From NCBI RefSeq assembly GCF_963921235.1, contig NC_086109.1, positions 30,382,001 to 30,446,000 on the forward strand: 64,000 nucleotides of DNA, written 5' to 3'. The notes beneath the pieces were generated by a model. That model had not been told where the DNA came from. It saw only the letters and a list, made by a program, of their open reading frames with translations, and ran no database searches. Each line of letters opens with the position of its first letter. Position 1 is the first letter of the stretch. The position numbers were made by a program, and so were the translations under genes. This document shows positions 23,589 to 38,068 of this stretch, in pieces. This stretch comes from Mobula hypostoma (Eukaryota).

Positions 23589-25624
23589 ACAATTAATTGT
23601 GAGTCAGTTTTTCCTCAATATTTCGGTAACCAATTTGCCAATTGGAAGCAAGTTTCTTTCACTTATTCATTTCTCTGGATGTGGGTACTGTTCATTTCCC
23701 ATCCCTCATTGTCCTTGTGGTGCTGGCCGTCCCCAATTTTGGAATGTAACGCTCTTTCTGTTGAAGGTAATCACACATCCCTGCTGGGGGTGGGTGGGGG
23801 GGGGGTGGTGGCGGGGATAGTTTTGGGATTTTAATCCAATGATGATGAAGGAACAGTGATATGCAGTACGTTGACTCCATAAGACCATAAATCATAGGAG
23901 CAAAATTAACCTTTTCAGCTCATTGAGTCTGCTCCGACATTCAATCATTTATTTTCCTTCTCAACCCCCATTCCCCTACCTTATCTCATAACCTTTGACT
24001 CCTTTACTAGTCAAGAACTTATCAAGCTGTTATCAAGGGCTATGATGTACTGACTCAGAAAGCAAGATGCTGCTCCTCAAGTTGGGTTTCACTAGAACAA
24101 TACGCTGAAGAGAGAACTGAATGAAGAAGAAGTCAAGACCAATGCCCCTGATTATTTCTCCAGGAGTTCATCTGCATAACAAAGCATTAACTTGAGGCAC
24201 ATTACATCAGTTCCCATCCTACTCTCAGCAAATACCTGGCCTGTTGAGTACTCTTGTGCATTTATATTCCAGCTTGCTGATCCCTGTCTGTTCACTAAGG
24301 GATTATTGAATACTGGCTTGGAGCAATCAATTACTTTATCCAGAGGGCTTTATTGGTAGCAATTGTCTCGACACTTGGTTGTGTCCCTAGCTGTGACTAG
24401 ACATTCAACTCTTATATATTTGGCAACTTCTTAAGGCTGTGTTATGTTTGTTTTCCACAGGTTTCTGTTTCTCAGTGCCAGGAGTGTAAGGATCAACTCG
24501 TTTCAATTTATCTTATTATACAGCTCTGTGACAGACAGATAGAAACTTCATGAGAGTGCCTTCCTTTTCCTCCTTCAGGCAGAAACTCTCTGTTCTGCTT
24601 CGATGTCACCCTGATTTGGTAACTCTCAAAATAACCTGTGAAATGGGGCATTGCTGCTGAGAATTTCTTTCCCATCACCCGAGTTTCCAACAATTCTTCG
24701 TCAATATATTATGCCACCCTGGCAGTGAGATAAACTGAGAAATTCTAGCAGTCCTTGGGATTGCCATTTATCTTTATCTTACTTTTTTATTCTTCATGCA
24801 AAGTAGATAGTGGACTTTAAAAAAAAAAGAAATCTCAAGCATGGAATTATTTGCTGAACACAATATGCTTCTGGCCCAAGGGAGGAGAAATGAAATTGTC
24901 TTTTAGTTCAGAAAGACTCTTTCTCTTCACATAACAGCTTTTGTCAGTCAAGTGCAAATTTGAAGTATAGTTTTAAAAATGAGCAAAAGGTGAACTGAAA
25001 GGAAAGTTAAAATTAATCCAAATTCTTAAGACTTATTTGTTCTGATGTCATTTAGTGCATTAATTTCTGTTAAATCATCAATCCCTCTTGTTAACGGATT
25101 GCAAGTTTGTTTTTTGAAGAACTAAACCTTGTACAATACTTGAAGGTCAACCTCTGTGGAATGTCTTGCCTCTGACAGATTGTATATATGAAGATAAATT
25201 AATAGACGTCCTAACCTCCTCTCTGGATCCAGACAACACAAGTCCCAGCAACTCATTCCACTGCACAGCCACAAATTAAGTTACGGTGATTCAATTTGCA
25301 AGTGGGATCCTTTATACTCCCATACATCAGAGGAGATGGATTTTATTACATAGCTACAAAATTGCTGCCTGCTATAGTCACTCATGCAGAGGAAGCCATC
25401 ATCAGTGTATTTTGACATTTAATCAATACTCACCAAGAGTCTGTGAAGAAGTATTAGACTGAAAGTGTTGGTGTAACCACAAGTATTGCACTGACTGAAT
25501 GACATTCAGATCTTGATTTTCACATTGTACTTATTTTCATTGGTTCTTCTGTCATAACTTTAAAAATGCATTTATTTATCCCCTCAAAATTCTATCGCAT
25601 GGTGTAACATTTTGATATGGTAAA

Positions 25625-26170
25625 CAGGTAAATTGATTTATTATTGTCACAGGTACCAAGGTACAGTGACAAAAGAATGCCTTTGTACTATCCAGATAGA
25701 TCAATTCATTGTGCATTGAGGTAGTTCAGGGTAAAACAAAAACAGAATGCAGAATAAAGTGCTTCAGTACAGAGCAATTACAGTGCAGGTAAGACAGTAA
25801 GATTGCAACAAACTGGATAGAGAGGTCAGGAGTCTGTCTTAACGTGACAGGAAACAATTAAATAGTCTTGTAATAGCAGGATAGAAGCAGTGCTTGAGAG
25901 CCAAGATACATATTTTCAGGTTTTTGTGTCTTCTGCCTGATTGAGAGAGGTAGGAGAGGAGAAGAGGAAATGTCTGGGCTGAGTAATGTCTTTGATTAAG
26001 CTGCTTTCTTTATTAAAATAGCGAAAAGTGTAGAAAGAATCTAGAGGTAAGGCTGGTTTCCATGCTGTGCTGAGCTGTGTGCTCATCTCTGCAGTTCCTT
26101 GGGTCATGGGAGGAAGAGTTATCACGTAAAGCCATGATACATCAGGATAAGAAGTTTCCGGTGGTGCATC
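25625..26170 (-). mobile_element. Old Rex1/Babar-type 3' end
   Basis: tttattattgtcac tail; SSLIKDITQPRHFLFS peptide. Confidence 0.65.
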
Positions 26171-26199
26171 AAATAAAAAAATACCTTTAACCTCTTTCT

Positions 26200-27668
26200 T
26201 CTGCAGCCTGAGGTATCCACTTACTTCAGACAGGCCTCAATTATACCAGTGCCGAAGAAGAACATGGTAACCTGCCTCAGTAACTATCATCCAGTATCAA
26301 TGAGACCCACTTTGAGGAAGTGCTTTAAGGGGTTGGTGAAGGAACATATCAACTCCTGCTGGGAAGCGACTTAGCTCCACTCTAATTTGCCTACCAGCAC
26401 AACAGGTCCACAGCAGATGCCACGTCATTCACTTTTCACTCAACCCTGGAATATCTGTAGATCAAAGATGCATATATCAGGATGCTTTGTATCGACTACA
26501 GCTTAGCATTCAATACTGTCATCCTCTCAAGGCTGATCAGTAAGCTTCAAGACTTTGGCCTCAAAAACTTCTTGTGTAATTGGATCCTTGATTTCCTCCC
26601 TGCAGACCCCGATCAGTTTGGATAGGCAACAACACCTCTTCGACCATCTCCACCAGCATAGGGCACCACAAGGCTATGTGGACCCCTATTCTATTCGCTT
26701 TGAAATTATGACTGTGTGGCTAAGTACAGCTCCAGTACCATATTTAAGTTTCCCAATGACACCACTGTCATTGGCCAAATCAAAGGTGGTAATGAATCAG
26801 CATGTAGGAGGGAGATTGAAAATCTGTCTAAGTGGTGCCACAACAACAACTTCTCATTCAATGTCAGCAAGGTTATTGGCTTCACGAGGAGGAAAGCAGA
26901 GGTCCATGAGCCAGGTTTCATGGGGGGCTTATAGGTGAAGTCAGCAACCTTTAAATTCCTCAGTATTATCACTTCAGAGGATCTGTCCTAGGCCCAATGC
27001 AATTACAAAGACAGCGTGGCAGCATCTCTAATTCCTTAGAAGTTTGCATGACATCTAAAACTTTGACAAACTTCTATACATGTCAGATGGAGAATAAATT
27101 GACCGGTTACATCACCAGATTTTGGAAAATCTGACAAGAAGTAATGGATATGGCTCAGTCCATCACAGGTAGAGCTCTTCACCCCATTGAGTACATCTAC
27201 ACAGAGTGCTGTCACATGAAAGCAGCATCCATCATCAGGGACCCCATCGCTCTCTTCTCACTGCTGCCATCAGGAAAAAGGTAAAAGAGCCTCAGGATCC
27301 ACACCACCAGGTTCAGGAACGGTTGTCCCCCCTCAGCCAAGTTATCCCCTTGAACCAGTGGCGATAACTTCACTCAACTTTATCACTGAACTGATCCCAC
27401 AACCGAAGGACTCACTTTCAAGGACTTTTCATCTCATGCTCTCGATATTTATTGCTTATTTATTTATTTATTATTATTTATTTTCTTTTTCTTTTGTATT
27501 TGTAGTTTGTTGTGTTTTGCACTTATTTGTCTGTCTTGTTGGGTGTTGCCTTTCATTGATTCTATTATGCTTCTTGGATTACTGATTATGGCCACAAGAA
27601 AACAAATCTCAGGGTTGTGTGTGGTGACATATATGTATTTTGATAATAAATTTACTTTCAACTTTGAA
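26200..27668 (+). mobile_element. Rex1/Babar-type LINE RT region to 3' end
   Basis: IIPVPKK, IRMLCIDYSLAFNT, IFKFPNDTTVIG, LPSGKR; ends aataaatttactttcaactttgaa. Confidence 0.88.
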
Positions 27669-27867
27669 GACATTTTTCTTTATTGATTCTTTCCTAGTAC
27701 ATAAATAAGAATCAGCTTCTTTATTTAGACTAGAACAGTAATGAAATATGAGGCAGTATTTTGATCACAAATGCTCAAACTGAAGTGACCGCAATTGTAC
27801 ATGCTAATCTATCAATCTCCTTGAGATATGCCTATTGCAAAATAGATTTAACTTCTTCTGCAGATCA

Positions 27868-28224
27868 TTGAATTGATTCTATTTCTTCCATCCTTCAGAT
27901 ACATGAGGAGTAAAAATCTATCCGCACCACTCTCTGCAGAGTCCTGCAATTAAAGGAGGTACAGTTCCCATACCAGGTAGTGATGCAGCCAGTCAGGATG
28001 CTCTCAGTTGTGCCCCTGTAGAAAGTTCTTAGGATTTGGGGGCCCATACCAAACTTCCTCAACCATCTGAGGTGAATGAGATGCTGTTGTGCCTTTTTCA
28101 CCACACAGCTGGTGTGCACAGACCACGTGAGGTCCTCGGTGATGTGGATGCCGAGGAACTTGAAACTGTTTACCCTCTCAGCCCCAGATTCATTGATGTC
28201 AGTTGGGGTTAGCCCATCTCCATT
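27868..28224 (-). mobile_element. Rex1/Babar-type LINE, 3' part (split by CR1)
   Basis: ERVNSFKFLGIHITEDLTW...ESILTGCITTWYGNC; continues at 30975. Confidence 0.88.
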
Positions 28225-30974
28225 CATAGAAACAGAGAAACATAGAAAACCTACAGCACAATACTGGCCCTTTGGCCCACAAAGTTGTGCCGAACATGTC
28301 CCTACCTTAGAAATTACTAGGCTTACCCATAGCCCTCTATTTTTCTAAGCTCTATGTACCTATCCAAAAGTCTCTTAAAAGACACTATTGTATTCGCTTC
28401 CACCACCATTGCCGGCAGCCCATTCCACGCACTCAACACTCTCTGAGTAAAAACTTAGCCCTGACATCTCCTCTGTACCTACTCCCCAGCACCTTAAACC
28501 TCTGTCCTCTTGTGGCAACCATTTGAGCCCTGGGAAAAAGCCTCTGCCTATCCACAAGATCAATGCCTCTCATCATCTTATACACCTCTATCAGGCCACC
28601 TCTCGTCCTCCGTCGCTCCAAGGAGAAAAGTCCGAGTTCACTCAACCTATTCTCATAAGGCATGCTCCCCAATCTGGGCAATATCCTTGTAAACCTCCTC
28701 TGCTCGCTTTCTATGGCTTCCACATCCTTTCTGTATAGAGGCAACCAGAACTGAGCACAGTACTCCAAGTGGTGTCTGACCAGGGTCCTATATAGTTGCA
28801 ACATTACCTCTCGGCTTCTAAATTCAATTCCACTATTAATGAAGGCTAATACACCATACACCTTCTTAACCACAGAGTCAACCTGCGCAGCTGCTTTGAG
28901 CGTCCTGTAGACTCGGACCCCAAGATCCCTCTGATCCTCTTCACCGCCAAGAATCTTACCATTAATACTATATTCTGCCATCATATTTGACCTACCAAAA
29001 TGAACCACTTCACACTTATCTGGGTTGAACTCCATCTAACACTTCTCAGCCCAGCTTGGCATCCTATCAATGTCCCACTGTAACCTCTGACTGCCCTCCA
29101 CACTATCCACAACACTTCCAACCTTTGTGTCATCAGAAAAATTACTAACCCATCCCTCCACCTCCTCATCCAAGTCATTTATGAAACTCACAAAGAGTAA
29201 GGGTCCCAGAACAGATCCCTGAGGCACTCCACTAGTGACCGACCTCCATGCAGAATATGACCCATCTACAACCACTCTTTGCCTTCTGTGGGCAAGCCAG
29301 TTCTGGATCCATAAAGCAAAGTCCCCTTGGATCCCATGCCTCCTTACTTTCTCAATAAGCCTTGCATGGGGTACCTTATCAAATGCCTTGCAGAAATCCA
29401 TATACACTACATCTACTGCTCTTCCTTCATCAAGGTGTTTAGTCACATCCTCAAAAAATTCAATCAGGCTCGTATACCTCTCCAAATGTTCATAAATCCT
29501 GCCTCTCAGGATCCTTTCCACCAACTTACCAACCACAGAGGTAAGACTCACTGGTCTATAATTTCCTGGGCTATCTCTACTCCCTTTCTTGAATAAAGGA
29601 ACAATATCCACAACCCTCCAATCCTCCGGAACCTGTCCCGTCCTCATTGATGATGCAAAGATTATCGCCAGAGGCTCAGCAATCTCCTCCCTCGCCTCCC
29701 ACAGTAGCCTGGGGTACAACTCATCCGGTCCCGGCGACTTATCTATCTTGATGCTTTCCAAAAGCTCCAGCACATCCTCTTTGTTAATATCTACATGCTC
29801 AAGCTTTTCAGTCTGCTGCAAGTCATCACTACAATAACCAAGATCCTTTTCCATAGTGAATATTGAAGTAAAGTATTCACTAAGTACCTCTGCTATTTCC
29901 TCCAGTTCCATACATACTTTCCCACTGTCACACTTGACATGTCCTATTCTTTCACACCTTATCCTCTTGCTCTTCACATACTTGTAGAATGCCTTGGGGT
30001 TTTCCTTAATCCTGCCCGCCAAGGCCTTCTCATGGCCCCCTCTGGCTCTCCTAATTTCCTTCTTAAGCTCCTTCCTGTTAGCCTTATAATCTTCTAGATC
30101 TCTATCATTACCTAGCTCTCTGAACCTTTTGTAAGCTTTTCTTTTCTTCTTGACTAGATTTATTCCAGCCTTTGTACACCACGGTTCCTGTGCCCTACCA
30201 TAACTTCCCTGTCTCATTGGAAAGTATTTATGCAGAACTCCATACAAATGTTCCCTGAATATTTGCCACATTTCTTCTGTACTTTTCCCTGAGAACTTTT
30301 GTTTCCAATTTCCTGCCTGATAGCCTCATAATTCCCCTTACTCCAATTAAACACTTTTCTAACTTGTCTGGTCCTAGCTCTCTCCAATGCTATTGTAAAG
30401 GAGATAGAATTATGATCACTATCTCTAAAATGTTCTTCCACTGAGAGATCTGACACCTGACCAGTTTCATTTCCCAATACCAAATCAAGTACAGCCTCTC
30501 CTCTTGTAGGCTTATCTACAAATTGTGTCAAGAAGCCTTCCTGAACGCACCTAACAAACTCCATCCCATCTAAACCCCTCGCTCTAGGGAGATGCCAATC
30601 GATATTTGGGAAACTAAATCTCCCATCACGACAACACTGTTATTATTACACCTTTCCAGGATCTGTTTCTCTATCAGCTCCTCGATATCCCTTTTACTAT
30701 TGGGCGGCCTATAAAAAACACCCAGTAAAGTTATTGACCCCTTCCTGTTCCTAACCTCCACATACAGAGACTCTGTAGACAATCCCTCCATGGCATTCAC
30801 CTTTTCTGCAGCTGTGACACTATCTTTGATCAACAGTACCACGCCCCCACCACTTTTGCATCCCTCCCTGTCCTTTCTGAAACATCTATGAACTGGCACT
30901 TGAAGTAACCATTCCTATCCCTGAGCTATCCAAGTCTCTGTAATGGCCACCACATCATATCTCCAAGTACTGAT
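28225..30974 (-). mobile_element. CR1 LINE ORF2 (APE endonuclease end, tether, RT) with tttctatg tail
   Basis: GVFYRPPN, PTRGEAVLDLVL, SDHN, KSPGPD, NYRPVSLTS, DFCKAFDKV, SGVPQGSVLGP, FSDDTK, VRHHLEYCAQFW; tail catagaaacagagaaacatagaaa. Confidence 0.95.
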
Positions 30975-31725
30975 CCTCCTGTAATCCACCACCAGCTCCT
31001 TTGTTTTTGTGACATAGAGGGAGAGGTTCTTTTCTTGACCACTGTGTCAGAGAGATGACTTCTTCCCTGTAGTCTACCTTGTTATTGTTTGAGATAAGGC
31101 CAATCAATGTAGTGTAGTTGGCAAATTTAATTAGCAGATTGGAGCTGTGGGTGGCGATACAGTCATGGGTACACGGGGAGTAAAGGAGGGGACTCAGTAC
31201 ACAGCCCTGAGAGGCTCCTGTATTGAGAGTTAGAGGGGTGAAGGTGAGGGAGCCCACTCTTACAATCTGCTGGTGATCTGACAGGAAGTCCAGGATCCAA
31301 CTGCACAACGTTAAGTTCTCTGAGCTCCTTGTCGAGCCAGGATGGAAATATGGTGTTGAATGCTGAACTGTACTCCAGGAACAGCATTCTCACATAAGCA
31401 TCCTTCTTCTCTAGATGTGTAAGGACGGTCTATGGAGCAGTGGCTATTGCGTCATCTGTCAATCAGTTGTGTCAGTAGGTGAATTGTAGGGAGTCCATAT
31501 TGGGTGGCAGCAAGCTGCAGATGTAATCCTTGACCAACCTACTCACCAGTATTTGCTTATTATTGAGTTGACTGCGACAGGACACCAGTTGTTCAGGCAT
31601 GTTACCTTGGTCTTTTTTGGTACAGGGACAATGGTGGATCATTTGACGCAGGAGGCCACCGGGGGAGGGAGAGATTAAAAATGTCTGTAGACACACCTGT
31701 CAGTTGTGCTGCACACATCCTAAGT
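30975..31725 (-). mobile_element. Rex1/Babar-type LINE, upstream RT part (split by CR1)
   Basis: RMLFLEYSSAFNTI, TGASQGCVLSPLLY, LIKFANYTT; rejoins 28224 as ccatctccatt/cctcctgta. Confidence 0.88.
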
Positions 31726-33837
31726 GATGGTGTGTGATCTAAAATGTTTCATCTCAATCCATTTCGAAAAGCACAAACATCAGAAAGTTGTTCCTATTTA
31801 CTATATCTCAATGAAGTTGACGCGGGTAGGATAGAATAGCTGCACATGTCACCTCCACATTTCGGCATTGAATATTTGATAGTTGTAATTTGCATTCATG
31901 CCAAAATGTGCACACATTGGCTGGCTCTTCCAAATTCTTGTCTATGCTGGGATAGAAGCAAACCTTCAAATGACTGCACCGAAAATAAAAAAAACTTAAT
32001 ATTCTAAGTGAAATACTGTCGTTAATATGCTTTGTAATTCTTTGTGTATCATTTGCTGCAACTTTAAATGGTGGAGCACTGGTTAAGTTTTTATGATGGA
32101 GAACTTGTGGTTCTCGCACTAAACTATTCAGACACCCCTCTCCCAAATAAATCAATAAATTTGACTTTTCAGGGGAATTACAATTTCTTGATCATTTATA
32201 TTTGGTTTCTAGATGTACCAATATCAGGGTATCTGCTGTTGCATTGACTTGAATGCATGTCCACAAAGCTCTAGGATACCCTTCTTCTGACTGCTTTCGT
32301 AGAACGTTTTGCTTTTAATAATTGTACATTATCTCAGAATTTGTTGCCAGCAGTCAACCCATGACAGGTGTTCACTGATGGAAACGTTCCTATTTCCTTA
32401 AGTAGGTGAACATTTATACTAATTCTCATTGGTGAGAACTCATGTGACAAGAAGGACTTCTGTGACTTGAATGCCATTATGTAGTTGGGGAAAGACAGGA
32501 TGGGCAATCTTTACCCAGAGACAGTAAAGATAGTCAAAGGCTTTAAAAACAAAGAATTAAAGAAAGCTAAAAATATTCAAATATCATCAAACAATCGTCA
32601 ATAGCTATTGTTTAAAGGCAATTACCTCGAAACTTTACATTGAAGCCTTTAGAGAAAGTCTCCCAGTACTGGGTGTCCCTAAGCTTGTTTGCACTGATTT
32701 CCCAGCAAAATTAACAGGGAGCCTCAGAACCCCTATACTCCCAACCTGAACTGCATGAGGAGCCCAACAGCAAGGGACTGTTGATGAAACATCAATGAAC
32801 AAACTGTCAGCAGATTAATGACTCCCATGTTCATGCCTGCACGAGAGATAATCTTAAATTATGCAGAGAACTGCTAGCAATTACATACAAAACTGCTGAC
32901 AATTCCCCGCAAAATTCAACTAATAAAACTACTAATGCTGCTCTTTACAAAAAAATAATGTTTATAACTCATATACTGTAGAAAGGAAGAATAATTATCC
33001 CTGTGACAGAACTAAAGAGGCTGGGAGGAGCAGAGGCTCCCAACATTAATCACAGACTGATTCATTAGATTACATTCCAGAGGTTATGAGATTTTTTTTG
33101 GTAATGCTTCATTGATAGTGAAAAGGAAAAGATAATTCAAATCCAGCCACTGACTGTGGCTAGATAGTTCTTTTAGCTTTGGGAAGAGATTACTTTCAGT
33201 AGCTTGTTTCTACAAACTGTATTTGTCCATAAAATTTATTGAAGATTTCATAAGATACAAACAAATATTTTAATTGAATATTTGATGTAATTTTATTTAC
33301 CTAAGAATATTGAAATGATATAGTACCATTAGGTGGCACTGCAAACATGTGTTGAGTAAACAAGATATCTCAGCTGAGGAAGGTTTTGTTTTCAATTCCT
33401 CCAATAACTCTCACCACTTTACCACATATATTTGTCACCCTTTCATTTTATTAACTTTAATTATCCCTGTGCAGTATTTATGAGGCTGATTATTATAATC
33501 TTCTGCAAAGCATACTGTTCTTGTCCTCAAACTCCTATTGTGATTATTGGTCATGCCTTACTGGCAATTGTTTCTGATGCAAACTGCTTAGCCAACATTT
33601 CCCAATCAATTTACTTACATTACATGGTGCTAGAGTCAGAGGAACAGTCTATCTGATGAATTTGCCTTTTGGTTCATAAACGCTTTCTCCAAGTTTACTG
33701 TGTAGAAAAGGACCAGGCAGGTCAAAATTAACCAACCATTTTTTGGTGGGAGCAACATATATGAACGTTGTGATCAATTGCTCTGCTCACTGCCTTACTC
33801 AAATATATAAAACATATAAATAGCAACTTCTGTTTTT

Positions 33838-34316
33838 TATTGATTCCTGGGATGGCAGGACTTTTACATGATGAAAGACTGGATGAACTAGGCTTATACT
33901 CGTTGGAATTTAGAAGATTGAGGGGGGGATCTGATTGAAACGTATAAAATCCTAAAGGGATTGGACAGGCTAGATGCAGGAAGATTGTTCCCGATGTTGG
34001 GGAAGTCCAGAACGACGGGTCACAGTTTGAGGATAAAGGGGAAGCCTTTTAGGACCGAGATTAGGAAAAACTTCTTCACACAGAGAGTGGTGAATCTGTG
34101 GAATTCTCTGCCACAGGAAACAGTTGAGGCCAGTTCATTGGCTATATTTAAGAGGGAGTTAGATATGGCCCTTGTGGCTAAAGGGATCAGGGGGTATGGA
34201 GGGAAGGCTGGTACAGGGTTCTGAGTTGGATGATCAGCCATGATCATACTGAATGGCGGTGCAGGCTCGAAGGGCCGAATGGCCTACTCCTGCACCTATT
34301 TTCTATGTTTCTATCT
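33838..34316 (+). mobile_element. Well-preserved CR1 3' end
   Basis: LGLYSLEFRRLRG; RKNFFTQRVVNLWNSLP; gaagggccgaatggcctactcctg and tttctatgtttcta tail. Confidence 0.92.
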
Positions 34317-34499
34317 ACTGACTTTATTTTGGCCACTGGAAATAAGAGCATACTTCATTGCTATATGCAAATTGAGGTCATTAGGGCTACACAAGAAAAG
34401 AGCTATAAAGTCAAGCAGAATCACTATATAATTCGAGTCATTTCATTAGTGCAATGTGAAATTTATATAAATAATCATCTAACTGAAGTATTCAATTCT

Positions 34500-36880
34500 T
34501 GATTTGAGTCGGTGGACTGGATAATATTCAGAGATTCATTAGTGGACCTAAATGATTATGTCACAGTTATCATCCAGGATACTCATGGATGAATGGGTGC
34601 TCAAAAACATTGCAAGCCTTCTCCAACTAGATGAACCAGGAGATTTGGAGTCCACAGAGGGCTAGATCTATGGCATATAGGACTAGTGTCACAGAATCAT
34701 ATAAGCAGTCAATCTTTCACCTCTTGAAGGCCATTGTGATCATAAAGAGGTAATTTTGGACTACTCTGGAAACACAGGTGTAGGTTCAATAGATGTGGTA
34801 GAGTTTGCACAATGTTACTTTCTACAAGGCCAGACTCAGTGGTGTAAAGTCAATGCCTTTTATGCATATTTTGATAGGGAGAACTATGGGACGCTCACAT
34901 GAGTCCCTATGTCTCTGAATTTCCCTGTAATCTCAATCTCAGAGGCTGACATCTGGACATTCTCAAGAATGTGAACCAATGAAAGGCATCTGGTCCAGAC
35001 TGCATGCTTGGCTACATACTAAAGATTTGTGCAGATCAACTGGCTGGATTATTTATTGATACATTCAACCTTTCATTCCTGTGGTCTGAGGTTCCCACCA
35101 ACTTTAAAAATGCATTTATTGTACTGGTGCCCAAGAGGAGTGTGGTGACCTGCCTTAATGAATGCTCTCTGGTAGCTCTTACTTCAATCGTAACAAAATA
35201 CCTAGAGAGGTTGCTTTTGGTGAAAATCAACTCTGCCTCAATGATGACCTGAGTCCATGTTAAGTTACCACCATACCAGATCAACAGCAGATGCATTTTC
35301 TCTGGCTCTTCATTCAGGACAAAAGGGACACATATGTCATGCTGCTCATTATTGACTAAAGCCTTGCATTCAAACTTATGATCATTCTTCAAGACCTGGG
35401 CCTCTGTACTTCCTTCTGCAAATGGATCCTCAACTTACTCATCAGCATACCTCAATCAGTAAGCACTGGTATTAACAAATCCTCCTCACTATCAACATAG
35501 GTGTACCCCAAGCTGATTGCTTAGCTTTCTGCTCTACTCCCTATATGCACTTGACTATGGCTAAGTGCAGCTCCAATATCATATGCAAATTTACCAATGC
35601 CTAATCTACTATTAGTCACTGTGCAGGAGGAAAATGCAATACCAGGTAGAGTGGTGCTGCGACAGCTGTCTCTTGTTCAATGTTAGTAGAAGTAACGGAC
35701 TGATTGTTGACATCAGGAAGGAGAAGGAGGGTGACCATGTTCAAGTCTACATCGATGAATCAGTGGTGGAATGTGTCCATGGCTTTAGGTTCCTGGGCTT
35801 TAACATATTGGATGACTTATCCTGGGTCCAACACAATATGGTCCAGCACAGTAGTCTGACTGCTCAGGAATGTAAGAAGCTGCAAAGTAGCATGGACTCA
35901 TTGTAATATATCACAAGCACCAAGTCCCCACCATTGATTATACCTACAGTAGGTACTGCCTTAAGAAGGCAACATGTATTATTAAAGGTCCTCATCATCC
36001 AGACCATGCCATCTTCTCATAGCCACTATCGGTTAGATGATACAGAAGACTGAAACAGATTCAAGAACAGCTACTTTCTTACTTTGAACCATTCAGTTCT
36101 TGAACTAATCTGCACAACCCTAATCATTACTTCAGTACAGCAACACTCTGATCACTTTGCACTATAATGGACTTTTGGTTCCTTAAGGTCACCATAGCTG
36201 GGAGCGGTAGGGGGGATAAGCTCCCACTATCTATTAAATACTCCCAATAGCGGGTGCCCCAAATATCCTCTGACAACCAAGTCGCGTATGGTTTAGCTAC
36301 TAAGCCCAGAGGAACTATTTGTACTGACAGAAAAAGGGGCAAAGGCGGGGTACTGTTGCCTTAAAACCAGTCACTGGGCAGATGGGGTTTGTGAGCCATG
36401 GCTGGCAGCCCATCCAGGAGAAGAAAAACTCTGATCAGAAACCTCCACTGCCTTGGAGCTGTACCCACTCATGGGGAAGGTTTCGGGAGTAAACCACAAG
36501 GTAAAATCTGGAGCTGAAGTCCCTAAGGCAGTCCTATATTGAGTTCAATACTGACTAGCACTCCTGTGACGGCGATGGTGCCAAGATATATAGATCTCTG
36601 CTGTTTCTTTGCATTCATCAGCTACGTGGAGAAGGGAGCCTGTTGCATGAGCAACAGCTTGCTCTTCATATCGTACTGCCCTGGCTTGCATACCACATTG
36701 ACAGCTAGGACACGATATCCACAGTCGACCCCAACCAACGGAGATAATGGACCTTGTTACTTTTGTTCTCATTATATTAATGCATGTTTTCTTTATGAAT
36801 GTTTTTTTTTCAATCTGATACTATGTACTTGTGACGCTAGTTTTTTATTGCACTTGCTCATATGACGATAAACTCGAATT
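34500..36880 (+). mobile_element. Decayed Rex1/Babar-type LINE (with an insertion in its 3' UTR)
   Basis: LKICADQLAGLFIDTFNLS...VPTNFK...VALTS; FRFLG; HHPDHAIFS; 3' UTR ends gacgataaactcga. Confidence 0.8.
36175..36743 (+). mobile_element. Non-autonomous RTE-5'UTR-like element with TSD
   Basis: TSD ataatggac at 36164-36172 and 36744-36752; contains ggcagcccatccaggagaagaaaaactctga...aaacc, resembling RTE 5' UTRs. Confidence 0.6.
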
Positions 36881-37247
36881 ATTGATGTTTTAGATTTCAT
36901 TCTCACCTATACAACATTTCTGACCTATAGAATGTATAGACATGGTTGTACATTAGATTCTAGGTATATATCCATTATCATGCATTAGAAAGTGGACCAG
37001 TTCTATATTTTATACTGATAATTTTGGATAGATTGATAATGCTTACATATGACATTTTGTCCAATAATATCGCCTCCAAGAATTTGAATTGTAACTGTGT
37101 GGTAATGTTAATATGTGGTAAAACAAATTCTGCAGAATTTAATTTTCTTCTAAATTCTTGAAAAAATTCTTGGCTTCAATAATGACTCCAAAACGTAATG
37201 TATATCATACACCAGGAGATTCCAGGTAAAATCTCATATTAATAAAT

Positions 37248-38068
37248 ATTTCAAAGGTACATTTAATGTCAGAGAAATGTATACAATATACATCCTGAAA
37301 TTCTTTTTCTTTGCAACCATCCACAAAAACAGAGGAGTGCACCAAAGAATGAATGACAGTTAAATGTTAGAACCCCAAAGCACCCCCCAGCTACCCCCTC
37401 CCATGTATAAGCAGCAGCAAAGCAACAACGCCCCCCCACCAGCAAAAAAGCATCGGCGCCCCCCCACCAAGCACTTAAGCTGCAGCAAAGCATCAATAAA
37501 GACACAGACTTGTAGTACCCCAAAGACTACTCGTTCACCCAGGAATTTGACATACCACAGGCCCTCTCTCTCCCTAATAGTGGAAAAAGGGGTATCCCTG
37601 TTTCAGAGTGAGAGGGGAGACTTAACGAACAACTCGATGATTTATGATGTTAAAAGTCTGTTGCGTCGCTTTTTCCAAGCACTGTGCCCAAAGAACCCAG
37701 GTCTCTGAGCACACGGCCAGCAGCCAGCTCGCTGCTTTCGATCTTCCGTGTACTCCCACGACACACCAGTTTCCTGCAGAGGCACCGACTTTAAGTCCAT
37801 CCACCTCCAGAGCCACGAAATCCTGGAACCCTGAAGATGTGCTAGTCTTCTAGGATGCGTCTTTGGTATATTGAATAGCGGCCAGTCATGAGACTCTGAG
37901 AGTGGGTCTCATTCCTGCAAAGTTCTGAAGTCAGCGTGTAACTTCAAGTCAGGGTCTTCAGAAGAACCCTGAAAGGGAAAAATAGAGATATTAAAGATAG
38001 AAATAAAGCTGTTTCTGAAGATGCAAGCGAAGGAGTTGCCGTTAGGCGCCATTATCCTCCTAAGATCC
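37248..38068 (-). mobile_element. Non-autonomous element with Rex-like 3' tail
   Basis: Minus strand starts ggaggataatggcgcctaacggc and ends gaatttcaggatgtatattgtatacatttctctgacattaaatgtacctttgaaa; no RT ORF. Confidence 0.65.

Noticed and set aside
24441..24491. Strong-looking splice acceptor tgtttgttttccacag with a nearby gtaagg
   Set aside because: No recognisable coding sequence; such motifs are common by chance
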